DNA of 64,000 nt, taken from positions 32,001 through 96,000 of IMG/VR virus record IMGVR_UViG_646311924_000007. One strand, given 5' to 3'. Positions 20,496 through 30,240 of the stretch are shown here, in pieces. The number at the start of each line of letters is the position of its first letter. Within the stretch, counting starts at the first letter, position 1. Below the pieces are notes generated by a model. The model ran no database searches and was not told the DNA's origin. It saw only the letters and a program-made list of their open reading frames with translations. This stretch comes from a virus. Lineage: Duplodnaviria; Heunggongvirae; Uroviricota; Caudoviricetes. The translations under genes were made by a program, and so were the position numbers.

Positions 20496-20900
20496 TTATT
20501 TGCTAAGAGCAGCGAATAATCGTTCGAAATCGATAGTATCTATAGCACGCGTAAGCGCCGGAAGTTCAGCCTCAAAGTACCCGTGTCGATCGTAAAAGAA
20601 GGGACCGAAGAGCGAGGCATGTTGGATTCTACTTCGCCCCAGCCCGGACACACAGTTAAGCCCATTACCGGCTAAAAGGCTAAAAAACTTCTCTGGATTA
20701 TCGTGGTAAAGCTGAGAATCAATGGTGGCGGTTAACTCTTCCATAGGGAAGCACACCCGCCCTGTCTCCCAGGGATATTTAGTCCGAAGCATAAACATTG
20801 CTTTCAGCAATTCACATTGAGCGCGGATCGCGTCCGGTTCATAGCCAGATATGGAGACATAAGCCACGTCCCTCATTCCTGCGTCATCTTTGAAAGTCAC
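20496..20900 (-). CDS. hypothetical protein
   Basis: 134-aa ORF between incA and parA. Confidence 0.45.
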   Translation of the reverse strand: MTFKDDAGMRDVAYVSISGYEPDAIRAQCELLKAMFMLRTKYPWETGRVCFPMEELTATIDSQLYHDNPEKFFSLLAGNGLNCVSGLGRSRIQHASLFGPFFYDRHGYFEAELPALTRAIDTIDFERLFAALSK

Positions 20901-20969
20901 GATAGAAGTAACATCCAGTTCTTTTTCGAAAGAGCGAGCAGCATCTACTGGACGCTGAAGTAAATCATT

Positions 20970-21305
20970 CTACTTAATGCGCTCGAGAATCCCTCCCCAC
21001 ATATCATTTAGATATTCGATATGAGCCAAAACCTTATCAAGACACTCTCGTGTAAACCATTCAGTATGCCCGCCACCGGCGCTTTTCTCCCACGGCGCAT
21101 TCCAGGGGAAAAAGGTTGCGTGTAAAGCCCGCTCAAGATTAACCATTGCCAAACGCGTACCACGATAGACCCGTGAAAGCGCAAAATCGGGACTCACTTG
21201 TAGCCCTTTAAACCGTGCCAATGGACCACATGAAATGCCGATTTTAAAAGTATCTCCGTTCTCCGGCACCAGAACGTAGAGGTAGTGTTGTTTCTCTTCT
21301 TGCAT
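20970..21305 (-). CDS. T5orf172/GIY-YIG-like domain protein
   Basis: 111 aa; N-terminal YLYVLV....FKIGIS and C-terminal HTEWF resemble T5orf172-type GIY-YIG proteins. Confidence 0.45.
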   Translation of the reverse strand: MQEEKQHYLYVLVPENGDTFKIGISCGPLARFKGLQVSPDFALSRVYRGTRLAMVNLERALHATFFPWNAPWEKSAGGGHTEWFTRECLDKVLAHIEYLNDMWGGILERIK

Positions 21306-21334
21306 ATCAATACCACTGCTTGATGAGAACCGCG

Positions 21335-21595
21335 CAAATGTTGACTATGCGCGAAAGTTAATGTGAATAGTTGACTATGCGCGATGTGACTACAGTCAAA
21401 AGTTGACTGTAGTCGATTTAACTCCACCAAAGATCGACTATGTAAGATATTGTCGGGAGAAACGTTGACTATACGCGATGAAATGACCCTAAAAGCCATC
21501 TCAATAGCGACTTGCAGAATATTGACGCCAGCAAAAATCCACCAGCGTCAACGAATGTCGCCTATAGTCAACTTCTCGCTATCGCATATAGTCAA
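21335..21595. repeat. incA: incA-like iteron array (about 9 copies, both orientations)
   Basis: Repeated ~19-bp units with core GTTGACTATGCGCGA / TCGCATATAGTCAA downstream of repA. Confidence 0.65.
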
Positions 21596-21597
21596 TA

Positions 21598-22539
21598 TTA
21601 TGGATTGCGCTTATGGATCTGAAAGCCGATTTTCCTGCCGTTTTTTATCTCTGAAAATTTAAGATATTCAATAGCTTCCAAATCTTTCATGGCTTTTCTG
21701 ATAACGCTATTTTGCACGCTAACGGATGATTTGAGATTAAGCCTTGCTCTAAGGCGCTCAATGCTGACAGGTGCCGGGTTGGCGGGTAGAGCCTCAAAGA
21801 ATGTATACAGTACCTTGGCCGTCTCTTTGCGCCCGAGCTTATCCAGCATCTTCAGCTTCAGGATTCGCTTATAGTCAACATAGTAAAGTTCAGATAGCTG
21901 TTTCTGCGGCTGGATCTCGATAACATCAAGCTCGGTATTCAGGCTGCTATATGCCAACAAGTTGACGTTAATGTTATTGAGATGACCTTTTGCCGCCGGG
22001 AAGCGGAATTTGACAACTGTCTGCTGAATGCGTGTCAGAGAGTCATCAATACTTTTACGGAACGCCTTTGAAAGGCGCTTACGTGGATAGCCGCATCGAT
22101 CGGCAAACTCGGAGAATGGCAGGGTGATTATGCCGTCATCATCAGGTGCGTAGTCAAACAACGCGGAGGTTATGCCCACCCACACCTTAAAATCAGTATC
22201 CATATCCAGGCGTGGACCATGAATTTCAATTCCCTCATAGCCTTCCTGCTCAACAATTTTGAGGCTTGATAGTTCTTCGGTTGCGTTCGTTGTGTTTGTA
22301 GTAACTGACGATCCGCGACGTAGTGCCACATTGGTAGATTTTAAGGTTGGCACAAACACACCTAAGCGCAACAAAGCAATGGGTTGTATAGTGCTATTGT
22401 TATTGGGTTTCAGGCTGTGGATTTCTCCTGTATTTCCTGCAACTTCTTCAACGCTAAGGAAGCCTTTATTTTCTTCCAGCATCGTGGTTTCTCCATATGT
22501 GGCGCGGCCTGGCGTCATCTGGATTGCAGTTATCAACAA
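21598..22539 (-). CDS. repA: plasmid replication initiator RepA
   Basis: ORF flanked by iteron arrays on both sides as in P1 oriR-repA-incA; true start may be an internal Met. Confidence 0.75.
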   Translation of the reverse strand: MLITAIQMTPGRATYGETTMLEENKGFLSVEEVAGNTGEIHSLKPNNNSTIQPIALLRLGVFVPTLKSTNVALRRGSSVTTNTTNATEELSSLKIVEQEGYEGIEIHGPRLDMDTDFKVWVGITSALFDYAPDDDGIITLPFSEFADRCGYPRKRLSKAFRKSIDDSLTRIQQTVVKFRFPAAKGHLNNINVNLLAYSSLNTELDVIEIQPQKQLSELYYVDYKRILKLKMLDKLGRKETAKVLYTFFEALPANPAPVSIERLRARLNLKSSVSVQNSVIRKAMKDLEAIEYLKFSEIKNGRKIGFQIHKRNP

Positions 22540-22557
22540 CTGTGAATAGTCAGGCTC

Positions 22558-22663
22558 TAAAATCGCGTACAGTCAATGTTTCTGTCGCATATAGTCAACA
22601 ATAAATCGCGTGCAGTCAACAATAAATCGTGCACAGTCAACATAAAATCGCGTATAGTCAATG
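22558..22663. repeat. incC: incC-like iterons (5 direct copies) / plasmid origin
   Basis: Five ~19-bp repeats AAATCGCGT(A/G)CAGTCAA(C/T) at ~21-bp spacing upstream of repA. Confidence 0.7.
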
Positions 22664-22815
22664 TTGATCCCATTTCAGGCCAGAAATGGCGCGGCTTACA
22701 GCGATCCGGGATCTTCTTTGGATCTTCCTGGGTTCTCTTTAGGATCTGTTTATTGGATCTATGCTGTGGATAAGTTGAATAAACCGGCCAACATAGCCGG
22801 TTGGAAGGAAGGGTA

Positions 22816-23208
22816 TTATTCTACGCTTTCGATAAGAAGACCATGTTCATAACATTTAAGCTCATCGCCTTCGTACAGGAATTGGTATCCAATACCACCA
22901 TTTTCATGGACATTAGGGAATAACTCATAACTCACTGAAGAGCAAATCACACCAATGCAGCGATCAACGCCTTCTCGTTCTTCAGTGCTGAAAAAATCCT
23001 CTTCGGTAAGAACATGAGTACATTGCTCATCAGCATAGGTCGGAAATACATGCTCGATGCAATCCGGGTGTTTTAAACCAAGCTGATCGGCAAGCTCGAA
23101 AGCATGACGGTATTGTTCAGATCCTGGCTTGCCAACAGTGATGTGCTCAATTTTGTAGATTGAAGTCGCTTTGTTGATAGTTTGCTTTACTGTTACTTTA
23201 TCAGACAT
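22816..23208 (-). CDS. hypothetical protein
   Basis: 130-aa acidic ORF adjacent to the replicon. Confidence 0.45.
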   Translation of the reverse strand: MSDKVTVKQTINKATSIYKIEHITVGKPGSEQYRHAFELADQLGLKHPDCIEHVFPTYADEQCTHVLTEEDFFSTEEREGVDRCIGVICSSVSYELFPNVHENGGIGYQFLYEGDELKCYEHGLLIESVE

Positions 23209-23219
23209 AAAAATCCCTT

Positions 23220-23471
23220 TTAGTTACCGCTGATAGCGCGGTTGTAATCATTAACGTTGCGATTCTTCCTGTTAATCCCCATCAGCATCGTTTCTGTATC
23301 GAGGATATACGCTGGCAGATCATCAAAATATTCACTGCTAAACTCTGGCATCCTGCACATAAACGCACTTTTGGGGGCAGGGTGGTTAACCTTTGTCGGC
23401 GTCGGCGTTAAATTCGCTGATCGACTCCCGGAGCAACCGCTGAGTGTCAGCAGGAATGCGCTGGCGAACAT
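23220..23471 (-). CDS. lipoprotein (mlp-like; possible o-spanin)
   Basis: Lipobox LTLSGCSG after Met at 23471; 5' part lies inside the overlapping TM/coiled-coil gene in another frame. Confidence 0.45.
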   Translation of the reverse strand: MFASAFLLTLSGCSGSRSANLTPTPTKVNHPAPKSAFMCRMPEFSSEYFDDLPAYILDTETMLMGINRKNRNVNDYNRAISGN

Positions 23472-23808
23472 TACCCGCCGCAACCAGTTGTTTCTGAACT
23501 TCAGCTTTTCGTTCCATTTGCCTGTCAGCATATTTGGCTTGTTCTGATTCATTTTTCACTTCCTGGCTGTGAAAATGTTGCTCTGCTTTGTTCATCGTCT
23601 CAATGGTCTGGTTAAGATCCATTATTGACTTATCACGTTCCTTAACAGCCTGATCAAGACTGCCAATTTTCTCCATGGCTTGCTTTAGCTGATGACGTTC
23701 CCATGCAAACCCAGCACCAACAAGTGCGCAAATCAGAACAAGAACACCAGTAGCAGCAAGTTTCTCCTTCAAAGACAAAGCTGTTTTTAACGTAGAAAAG
23801 AATGACAT
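23386..23808 (-). CDS. membrane-anchored coiled-coil protein (possible i-spanin)
   Basis: Start taken at Met 23808 (MSFFSTLKTALSLKEKLAATGVLVLICALVGAGFAW), TM then coiled coil; overlaps lipoprotein gene out of frame. Confidence 0.4.
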   Translation of the reverse strand: MSFFSTLKTALSLKEKLAATGVLVLICALVGAGFAWERHQLKQAMEKIGSLDQAVKERDKSIMDLNQTIETMNKAEQHFHSQEVKNESEQAKYADRQMERKAEVQKQLVAAGNVRQRIPADTQRLLRESISEFNADADKG

Positions 23809-23847
23809 GTCTTCCTCCTGAAGAAAAATTATCAATGAAGTCCTTTG

Positions 23848-24693
23848 TTACCGTGCCGCTTTGTTTAATTCATCAAGAACAGAATCAGGAACCAAAGCGG
23901 CGACTGCGCTGGCTGTGCTGGCCTTATTTGCTGATGCTTCCGCAAGCGCGGTACCGATAGCATGGTTATAAGCAGTTATGGCTACGTTGGCGCTTTCATT
24001 CGCTCGTTCATACTGCTGTTGTAACGCAGTTGTGGGTGCTGTTGTCTGGTTGAAAACAACCCCAAACTGTTCAGTTGCTACTTTCAGAGATTCAATTTGC
24101 TCTTCTGTTAGTGCTGGTGGGGGAGTGGCAGTGCCGCCGCCTGAACCAGAGCCTGACGAGCTTTCTGAGCCAGTGTTAAGGGCCTGGTTAATCTCCCCCA
24201 TTGCAGCGACTAAACTTGATGTATTAAGCGCGTTAACAGCGTCCTCAAGCGATTTAGTAATATTCACATCACCAATGGCAATAGAGATCGGCAGTTCTGA
24301 AACTTCTCGCTCATTAGCACGGCAGTAAACATCCCAACCAATATCGAGTTGAAGCAGCATTGACAGATCTGCATAACCAGCCAACAGGTCCGCGTGCTTA
24401 GTTGCCAGTTCTCCAATGTTCGTTAAGCCGGTTGTGGTTGTTCTGATCGTTGAAACATAGCTGGTAATAGTGTCGGGATAGACAATTGTATCCAGAATTA
24501 ATCCGGTCAATTCTTCTGCAAGCAGTTTTGCTGTGTTAGCACTGTTTCGTGCCGATGTTATGGCACCAGGTGTTTTCATCCCACCGGCGGCGGCCAATTT
24601 TTTATATGCGGATAACTGGTAGTCTTTTTCCAGCATGATATCTCCTAACTTACCTGAACCAGGCCGTCTCCGGACGCTACGGTAGATCCGCAT
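23848..24693 (-). CDS. hypothetical protein with Ser/Gly-rich linker
   Basis: 281-aa ORF downstream of PAAR-like gene. Confidence 0.45.
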   Translation of the reverse strand: MRIYRSVRRRPGSGKLGDIMLEKDYQLSAYKKLAAAGGMKTPGAITSARNSANTAKLLAEELTGLILDTIVYPDTITSYVSTIRTTTTGLTNIGELATKHADLLAGYADLSMLLQLDIGWDVYCRANEREVSELPISIAIGDVNITKSLEDAVNALNTSSLVAAMGEINQALNTGSESSSGSGSGGGTATPPPALTEEQIESLKVATEQFGVVFNQTTAPTTALQQQYERANESANVAITAYNHAIGTALAEASANKASTASAVAALVPDSVLDELNKAAR

Positions 24694-24929
24694 GAAACAG
24701 GGTCACCAACGCATACGATCCCTTTACCATTGACGGTAAACCATGCCCTGGTTGATATAGCTTGCCCACCGTGCGTACTGTTTCCATCGGTATGCTGTGC
24801 ATATTGCTTACCATCAACTAACACTTCGACTCCGTTGACTTTAAGTAGTGGTTCACTCTCTACAGGAGGCCTGGATGGGAATCCTCCGTGCCCCGAACAA
24901 ATGCTGTCTTTTGTTGCAATGCTTGCCAC
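24645..24929 (-). CDS. PAAR-like spike-tip protein
   Basis: 94 aa with SGHGGF, HTDGNSTHGG and VCVGDPVSCGSTV motifs typical of PAAR-repeat proteins. Confidence 0.5.
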   Translation of the reverse strand: MASIATKDSICSGHGGFPSRPPVESEPLLKVNGVEVLVDGKQYAQHTDGNSTHGGQAISTRAWFTVNGKGIVCVGDPVSCGSTVASGDGLVQVS

Positions 24930-25010
24930 GCCATCACCAATTATTTGCTCTGATTTTCGTTATTTTAACTTAGGTTATTTGTGGTCTGTATGGCGTTTAC
25001 TTATCGCAAA

Positions 25011-25027
25011 ATTGCTCTAATAAATAT
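25011..25027 (+). promoter_or_regulatory. C1 operator-like site (ATTGCTCTAATAAATAT)
   Basis: 16/17 to consensus, in divergent intergenic region between PAAR-like gene and uhr/hrdC/dmt operon. Confidence 0.65.
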
Positions 25028-25383
25028 TGTTTTTTATGTCGTATTTTCGGTACCATTCAGCCATCGCCCTTCAATGGGCATTTGTTTGGAGTCGTCAGAT
25101 GCAGATGGAGCTAATAAGCCGCAAAGAGTTCGATAGCCGTGTAACCAGCGGTGAACTCGACAACTTGCAGGCTATCAAGGTGAAAGAAGGCTTTTGCCTC
25201 ATTGGGAATCAGAGCGGAATAAATCGCGTTTTTATGCTTCGCCGTACGGATTTGAAGCCATTTGTCTGGAAGAACGAAATTGGTCCCAGCTCATACGCTC
25301 AAACGAGGGGGTGCCACAACCTGGCCTTTTTCTACAAAGACGAGCTTTCTGTGGTTGATATTCAAGGGTTACAACATGTTTAA
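25027..25383 (+). CDS. hypothetical protein upstream of hrdC (uhr position)
   Basis: 118-aa ORF; start uncertain. Confidence 0.4.
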   Translation: MFFMSYFRYHSAIALQWAFVWSRQMQMELISRKEFDSRVTSGELDNLQAIKVKEGFCLIGNQSGINRVFMLRRTDLKPFVWKNEIGPSSYAQTRGCHNLAFFYKDELSVVDIQGLQHV

Positions 25384-26281
25384 GCACTGGAAAAACATTA
25401 CTATTTATAAACTTTCTCGTGAGGCGGATCTGACCGACTTAGAAGATAAAAAGAAAATGATCCTTTTCACGCCATGCGGTAGTCAGGATATGGCCAAGTT
25501 CGGTTTTGTATCGCCATTTGGTGATAATTCTGAAGTTATCGCTATGCATGGAAATGGTTTTATCCTTGTTGAAGCAAAGCGCGAAACAAAAATTCTTCCC
25601 CCGCCGGTTATCCAGCGAGCTATTCAAGAAAAAATTGAAAAACTTGAGCAAGAACAAGCGCGTAAACTGAAGAAAACAGAGAAGGACTCCCTGAAAGACG
25701 AAGTTCTGCATTCTCTTCTGCCACGGGCTTTTTCAAAGTTTTCTGTTATCCAGGCGATCTACGACGGTTCAACTAAACGTATCTATATCAATGCCAGCGC
25801 GCGGCAGGCAGAGGATATGCTCGCGCTTATGCGTAAGTCTCTGGGTTCTCTTCCTGCTGTTCCCCTGAGTGTTGAAAATCCCATTGAATTAACGCTGACC
25901 GACTGGGTACGTGATGGTAGTGCTCCACAGGGATTTCAAATGGGGGATGCGGCAGAACTTAAGGCAGTGCTTGAGGATGGCGGTATTGCCCGAGTGAAAA
26001 AGCAGGATTTGGGAAGCGATGAAATTTCCACACACCTGGAAGCTGGCAAGCTCGTCACTAAGTTGGCACTCGACTGGCAGAACCGCATTAAATTTACACT
26101 GGACCATAACTTCAGCCTTACCAGCGTCAAATTTGCGGATGAATTGCTTGAGCAGAACTCTGATATTGATAGTGAAGATGTTGCGCAGCGACTGGACGCA
26201 GATTTCTTCCTGTTGACCAGTGAAATTTCGTGCCTGGTTGATGCTCTGGTAAATGCCCTTGGCGGAGAGGCTAAGCAGTGA
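25376..26281 (+). CDS. hrdC: RdgC-like recombination-associated protein
   Basis: 302 aa from ATG 25376; long identity runs to E. coli RdgC as recalled ([45 protein letters not shown]). Confidence 0.85.
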   Translation: MFKHWKNITIYKLSREADLTDLEDKKKMILFTPCGSQDMAKFGFVSPFGDNSEVIAMHGNGFILVEAKRETKILPPPVIQRAIQEKIEKLEQEQARKLKKTEKDSLKDEVLHSLLPRAFSKFSVIQAIYDGSTKRIYINASARQAEDMLALMRKSLGSLPAVPLSVENPIELTLTDWVRDGSAPQGFQMGDAAELKAVLEDGGIARVKKQDLGSDEISTHLEAGKLVTKLALDWQNRIKFTLDHNFSLTSVKFADELLEQNSDIDSEDVAQRLDADFFLLTSEISCLVDALVNALGGEAKQ

Positions 26282-29200
26282 AAGAGCTGTGCTATGGATC
26301 TGTTTGCAGTGGAATTGAAGCCGCGAGTATTGCCTGGGAACCGTTGGGTATGCGTCCGGCGTGGTTTGCTGAAATCGAGCCTTTTCCATCGGCCGTTCTT
26401 GCGCTCCGCTGGCCCCATGTTGCCAACCTTGGCGACATGAAAAAACTTGCCAAAAAAGTCTTGGCTGGGGAAATCGAATCCCCTGACGTGCTCGTCGGGG
26501 GAACACCATGTTTTACCGCGGGGCATATGGTTCTTTGTAAAAATGGCTATAAACCAATAGAAAATGTTTGCCCTGGTGATTACGTAGTCAGTCATCTCGG
26601 GCGGTTACAACAAGTAAAAAGAGTTGGTTCAAAAATAGCTAATACGGGGTTACTTAATGCCGTTGGGCAGCCTTTAGGTATAAGAACAACCAATGACCAT
26701 CCCTTCCTGGCTGTTCGGTGGAAAGCCCAAAACACCCGGAAAAATGGCACATATTTTAAGAGAGAGTTGTTGTCTGAACCGGAATGGCGAGCAGCATGTG
26801 ATATGCCGGGATATCAATGGTGCGCTCTAACTAATTTCAATATTGCATTTCCAGATATTTGTTCTCGGTTCTTGTCTGAAGAACAGGCTATGTATCTTGC
26901 GGGCGCTTATGTTGGCGATGGATATATTAGGAGATGGAGAGGTAAATCTAAGAAGGCGGTTGTTTTTGGCATAAATTGCCAGAAATTGAGAAAGTTTCAT
27001 TGCCGCATACCAGAAAACATATTTTCCGTGGCAAGCGAAATCCGAGGGAGCATCAAAGTAACCTTGAATGATACGTGTTATGCCAATTGGCTTAATGAAC
27101 ATTTTGGCGAGTTAAGCCATGCTAAGCGTATCCCTGCATGGGTGATGTCGCATCCATTGCGTCATGTGTTTTTACAAGGCTATCTTGATACTGATGGGAC
27201 ACCAAGTGGTAAAGCGGGATTTAGAATTAATAGTGTTAGTTCTGCGCTTGCTTGGGGCGTTGCGGGGTTGTCACAGACTTGTGGTTATGTTTCTTCGGTC
27301 AGCTTTATTGAAGTTGAGCCCAAAAAAGTGATCGAGGATCGCGTGGTAAATCAACGGAATTATTATCAGGTAACAATCTGCCCGCAGAAATTGTCACGTA
27401 AATCAAGATTGGCTCATGGAATGCTTTTACGAACAGTCAAAGAGTTTAAATCGGTAGGCCTAGATACTGTATACAACATAGAAGTCGAAGGTGATCATTC
27501 CTATATCCTCAATGGTGCGGTGGTCCATAACTGTCAGGCATTCAGTATCGCGGGATTACGTGGTGGGCTTGATGATGAGCGTGGCGCGCTAACTTTAAAG
27601 TATGTGGAGCTTGCAAATGCAATTGACGACAAACGGGCTGAGTCATTTCTCAAACCAGCCGTTATCGTCTGGGAAAATGTCCCAGGAGTCTTGTCATCGG
27701 CAGATAACGCCTTCGGATGTTTCCTTGCCGGATTGGCTGGAGAAGATGTGCCATTTGAACCAGGTGATCGACCTGAATCAGGAAAAAGCAACGCGTTCTG
27801 GCGGTGGGATGGCAAAACCGGTTGCCATGTTCCAAAGTGGCCGCAGTGTGGTTGTATTTATGGACCGCAGCGAAAAGTGGCCTGGAGAATCCTTGATGCC
27901 CAATACTTCGGAGTGGCACAACGACGCCGACGCGTGTTTGTTGTCGCAAGTGCTCGAACAGATCTCGATCCCGCAACGGTACTTTTTGAGTTCGAAGGCG
28001 TGCGCCGGAATATTGCGCCGAGCAGAGGCGAGGGGAAGGAAACTACCAGATATACTTCAAACATCGCTATCAGAACTTGCGATGATACAAACATAATTGC
28101 CATGGCACATGGGCAAGGAGGGGCTGAGATAAAAACCGATAATTCGGCACCAACTTTGACATGTAACCATGAAGCACCAATTGTATTGCTCGGCGACGGT
28201 AGAATGCGCCGTCTTACCCCTGTCGAATGTGAAAGGCTGCAAGGTTTTCCTGATTGGCATACGTTGATCCCTACGGAAAAGCGTAAAAAAGTTAATTCAG
28301 ATGAACTGGCATATCTGCACAATCACTATCCAGATTTAAGCGAAGAAGAGGCCGCAATGCTTGCAGCTGACGGACCGCGTTACAAAGCGATCGGCAATAG
28401 TATGGCAATACCAGTAATGCGCTGGATTGGCGATCGGATTACTAAGGCCGTATGTCGGCAGAAAGAAGGAAGTGAAACAAAAGAGCGAAAAGTTAAACCA
28501 GCGGCAGAATTCGAACGGTCCATATTCAAATGGGCTGGTGGAAAATTTGGTGTTCTGGAACAAATCTTTCGCTATTTGCCAGAAGGGAAGCGCCTGATTG
28601 AACCTTTCGTTGGTGGCGGAGCTGTCTTCATGAATGCCGGATACCAGGAAAATCTGCTAAATGATGTGAATGCTGACCTGATTAACTTTTACAAGACTCT
28701 GCAACGCGAGGCGCATTCACTTATCACTCTGGCACATCGTTTCTTCCAGGACTACAACACACAGGAAGGATACCTGGCAGTACGGAATGCGTTTAACAAA
28801 CAAGTCTATGATGATTTACATCGCGCAGCGGCGTTTTTGTTCCTGAACCGACATTGTTTTAACGGATTGACGCGTTACAACCAGGCCGGTGAGTTCAATG
28901 TCGGTTATGGGAAGTATAAAACTCCGTATTTCCCATTACAGGAGATGGAAGCCTTCCTCGGTGCGGAAGGGCGGTCTGAGTTTGTATGCGGTGATTTTGC
29001 AGCGGTGATTGAAGCTGCCGGAGAAGGAGATGTCATCTTTTGCGATCCGCCGTATGAACCGCTTCCAAATACAGAGGGATTCACGAACTATTCCGGTCAT
29101 GACTTTAAGTTTGAAGAGCAAAAACGCCTGGTGTCTCTGTTGACGGATGCTCATCGTCGAGGTGCAAAGGTTCTCATTACTAACAGTGGCGCGCCAAACA

Positions 29201-29319
29201 TCAGAGAGCTTTATCATGACAGTGGCTTCAGAGTGGAACCTCTTTTTGCCAGACGTTCTGTGTCTTGTAAGGGGGACACTCGAGGTGTAGCTCATGACGT
29301 TTTGGGTATATTGCTCTAA
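26278..29319 (+). CDS. dmt: bifunctional DNA methyltransferase Dmt (C5-cytosine MTase plus Dam-like N6-adenine MTase) carrying an intein
   Basis: GTG start overlapping hrdC stop; C5 motifs IV ([12 protein letters not shown], split), VI (ENV), IX ([16 protein letters not shown]), X (GNSMAIPV); Dam-like FKWAGGK and DPPY in C-terminal half. Confidence 0.85.
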   Translation: MKELCYGSVCSGIEAASIAWEPLGMRPAWFAEIEPFPSAVLALRWPHVANLGDMKKLAKKVLAGEIESPDVLVGGTPCFTAGHMVLCKNGYKPIENVCPGDYVVSHLGRLQQVKRVGSKIANTGLLNAVGQPLGIRTTNDHPFLAVRWKAQNTRKNGTYFKRELLSEPEWRAACDMPGYQWCALTNFNIAFPDICSRFLSEEQAMYLAGAYVGDGYIRRWRGKSKKAVVFGINCQKLRKFHCRIPENIFSVASEIRGSIKVTLNDTCYANWLNEHFGELSHAKRIPAWVMSHPLRHVFLQGYLDTDGTPSGKAGFRINSVSSALAWGVAGLSQTCGYVSSVSFIEVEPKKVIEDRVVNQRNYYQVTICPQKLSRKSRLAHGMLLRTVKEFKSVGLDTVYNIEVEGDHSYILNGAVVHNCQAFSIAGLRGGLDDERGALTLKYVELANAIDDKRAESFLKPAVIVWENVPGVLSSADNAFGCFLAGLAGEDVPFEPGDRPESGKSNAFWRWDGKTGCHVPKWPQCGCIYGPQRKVAWRILDAQYFGVAQRRRRVFVVASARTDLDPATVLFEFEGVRRNIAPSRGEGKETTRYTSNIAIRTCDDTNIIAMAHGQGGAEIKTDNSAPTLTCNHEAPIVLLGDGRMRRLTPVECERLQGFPDWHTLIPTEKRKKVNSDELAYLHNHYPDLSEEEAAMLAADGPRYKAIGNSMAIPVMRWIGDRITKAVCRQKEGSETKERKVKPAAEFERSIFKWAGGKFGVLEQIFRYLPEGKRLIEPFVGGGAVFMNAGYQENLLNDVNADLINFYKTLQREAHSLITLAHRFFQDYNTQEGYLAVRNAFNKQVYDDLHRAAAFLFLNRHCFNGLTRYNQAGEFNVGYGKYKTPYFPLQEMEAFLGAEGRSEFVCGDFAAVIEAAGEGDVIFCDPPYEPLPNTEGFTNYSGHDFKFEEQKRLVSLLTDAHRRGAKVLITNSGAPNIRELYHDSGFRVEPLFARRSVSCKGDTRGVAHDVLGILL
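26509..27531 (+). mobile_element. intein with LAGLIDADG homing-endonuclease domain (341 aa) inside dmt
   Basis: Starts Cys (CFTAGHMVL), block B TTNDHPF, two LAGLIDADG motifs ([22 protein letters not shown]), ends [16 protein letters not shown] then +1 Cys; removal rejoins GGTP and CQAFSIAG. Confidence 0.8.
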
Positions 29320-29326
29320 TAAATTT
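29310..29326 (+). promoter_or_regulatory. C1 operator, perfect consensus ATTGCTCTAATAAATTT
   Basis: 17/17 match; overlaps last codons and TAA stop of dmt, upstream of tRNA/plp/ban region. Confidence 0.7.
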
Positions 29327-29500
29327 ATTAGTGTAATATCACCTCAATGAATCGTGATTTATAGAGCGATTTAGCTGTTAGCCGCGACAGGCGCGGCGGT
29401 AAGCATGGCTGGGCCTAGTCCTCCCAGACAAACCACCGAGTTGCCAGGTTGACCATGCGCCTAAGTGGCAACGCCGAAGTGCGTTACGAGCGTCCAGTTT

Positions 29501-29527
29501 GCCCATCTTCGGGTGGGCGTTTTTTTC
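29501..29527 (+). terminator. rho-independent terminator
   Basis: Hairpin GCCCATC-TTCG-GGTGGGC followed by TTTTTTT. Confidence 0.55.
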
Positions 29528-29991
29528 AGGGTTTTCGTCATGGTTAGCGACTTTGCGGCGGTTTAGAAACTGACCATTAAAGTAAATGCAAACGATGATC
29601 TGATGATGGTAGCGGCCTAAGAAGCCAGATGCCATGGGGTATGAGTCGTCCCCCGTCAAAAAATCGACCGCAGAGTGTCCCCGTCTGTGTATTAGGGAAC
29701 GGGGAGGCACAACAGGTAAGGGCGCTGGTGTGATTAACCAGATGAACGAGAAGGGGCCATCTGTTGGTCAGCGTCCTTTCCTGTTGCGTTTTCTTTTCAG
29801 CGTAACAGCGGTGCTTAACAGCACTTTGGGTACAGTTCCACGAATTTACGGGTATATCCCGTCATGCTGAAGGCGCTAATCACGCTGGAAGCCAGGGTTA
29901 TGCATCCCCTGTTACCGAATTGCAGCCAGGGCGCGGTGCGCCGAAAAGCATACGGAGGTGGAAGCCCTCGCCGGAGACGTACCCGGCAAGT

Positions 29992-30066
29992 GATGGTGTA
30001 GCTCAGCGGTAGAGCAGTTGGCTGTTAACCAACTGGTCGGTAGTTCGAATCCACCCACCATCGCCA
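29992..30066 (+). tRNA. tRNA-Asn (anticodon GUU)
   Basis: Hand-folded cloverleaf: acceptor GATGGTG/CACCATC, anticodon loop CTGTTAA, T-loop TTCGAAT, discriminator G, encoded CCA. Confidence 0.75.
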
Positions 30067-30071
30067 CTTTA

Positions 30072-30158
30072 GGGGAGTTAGTCCGTAGGGGTAGCGGGGT
30101 AGACTGTAAATCTACTGTCATTGCGACTCGGGTGGTTCGACTCCATCACTCCCCACCA
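30072..30158 (+). tRNA. class-II tRNA-like gene, anticodon GUA (Tyr-like)
   Basis: Acceptor GGGGAGT/ACTCCCC, anticodon arm GTAGA-CTGTAAA-TCTAC identical in loop to E. coli tRNA-Tyr as recalled, long variable arm, encoded CCA; D-arm region slightly irregular. Confidence 0.55.
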
Positions 30159-30162
30159 CATT

Positions 30163-30238
30163 GCCGATTTAGCTCAGTTGGTAGAGCAGTCGCTTTGTAA
30201 GCGAATGGTCAGCGGTTCGATCCCGTTAATCGGCACCA
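30163..30238 (+). tRNA. tRNA-Thr (anticodon UGU)
   Basis: Acceptor GCCGATT/AATCGGC, D-arm TAGCTCAGTTGGTAGAGC, anticodon loop TTTGTAA, T-loop TTCGATC, encoded CCA. Confidence 0.7.
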
Positions 30239-30240
30239 AC

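Noticed and set aside
21335-22663. Short direct repeats that could be taken for a CRISPR array
   Set aside because: Repeat units are about 19 bp with about 21-bp spacing, occur in both orientations, and flank repA on both sides. This is the iteron layout of an IncY-type origin and copy-control locus; no unique spacers or cas genes are present.
26827-28563. Minus-strand ORFs inside dmt (for example 27858..28322)
   Set aside because: Antisense to a gene with clear methyltransferase and intein motifs; no independent support.
29378-29870. ORFs 29378..29710 (-) and 29634..29870 (+) between dmt and the tRNAs
   Set aside because: The region contains a terminator hairpin and a degenerate hairpin module; frames are short, overlapping and unsupported.
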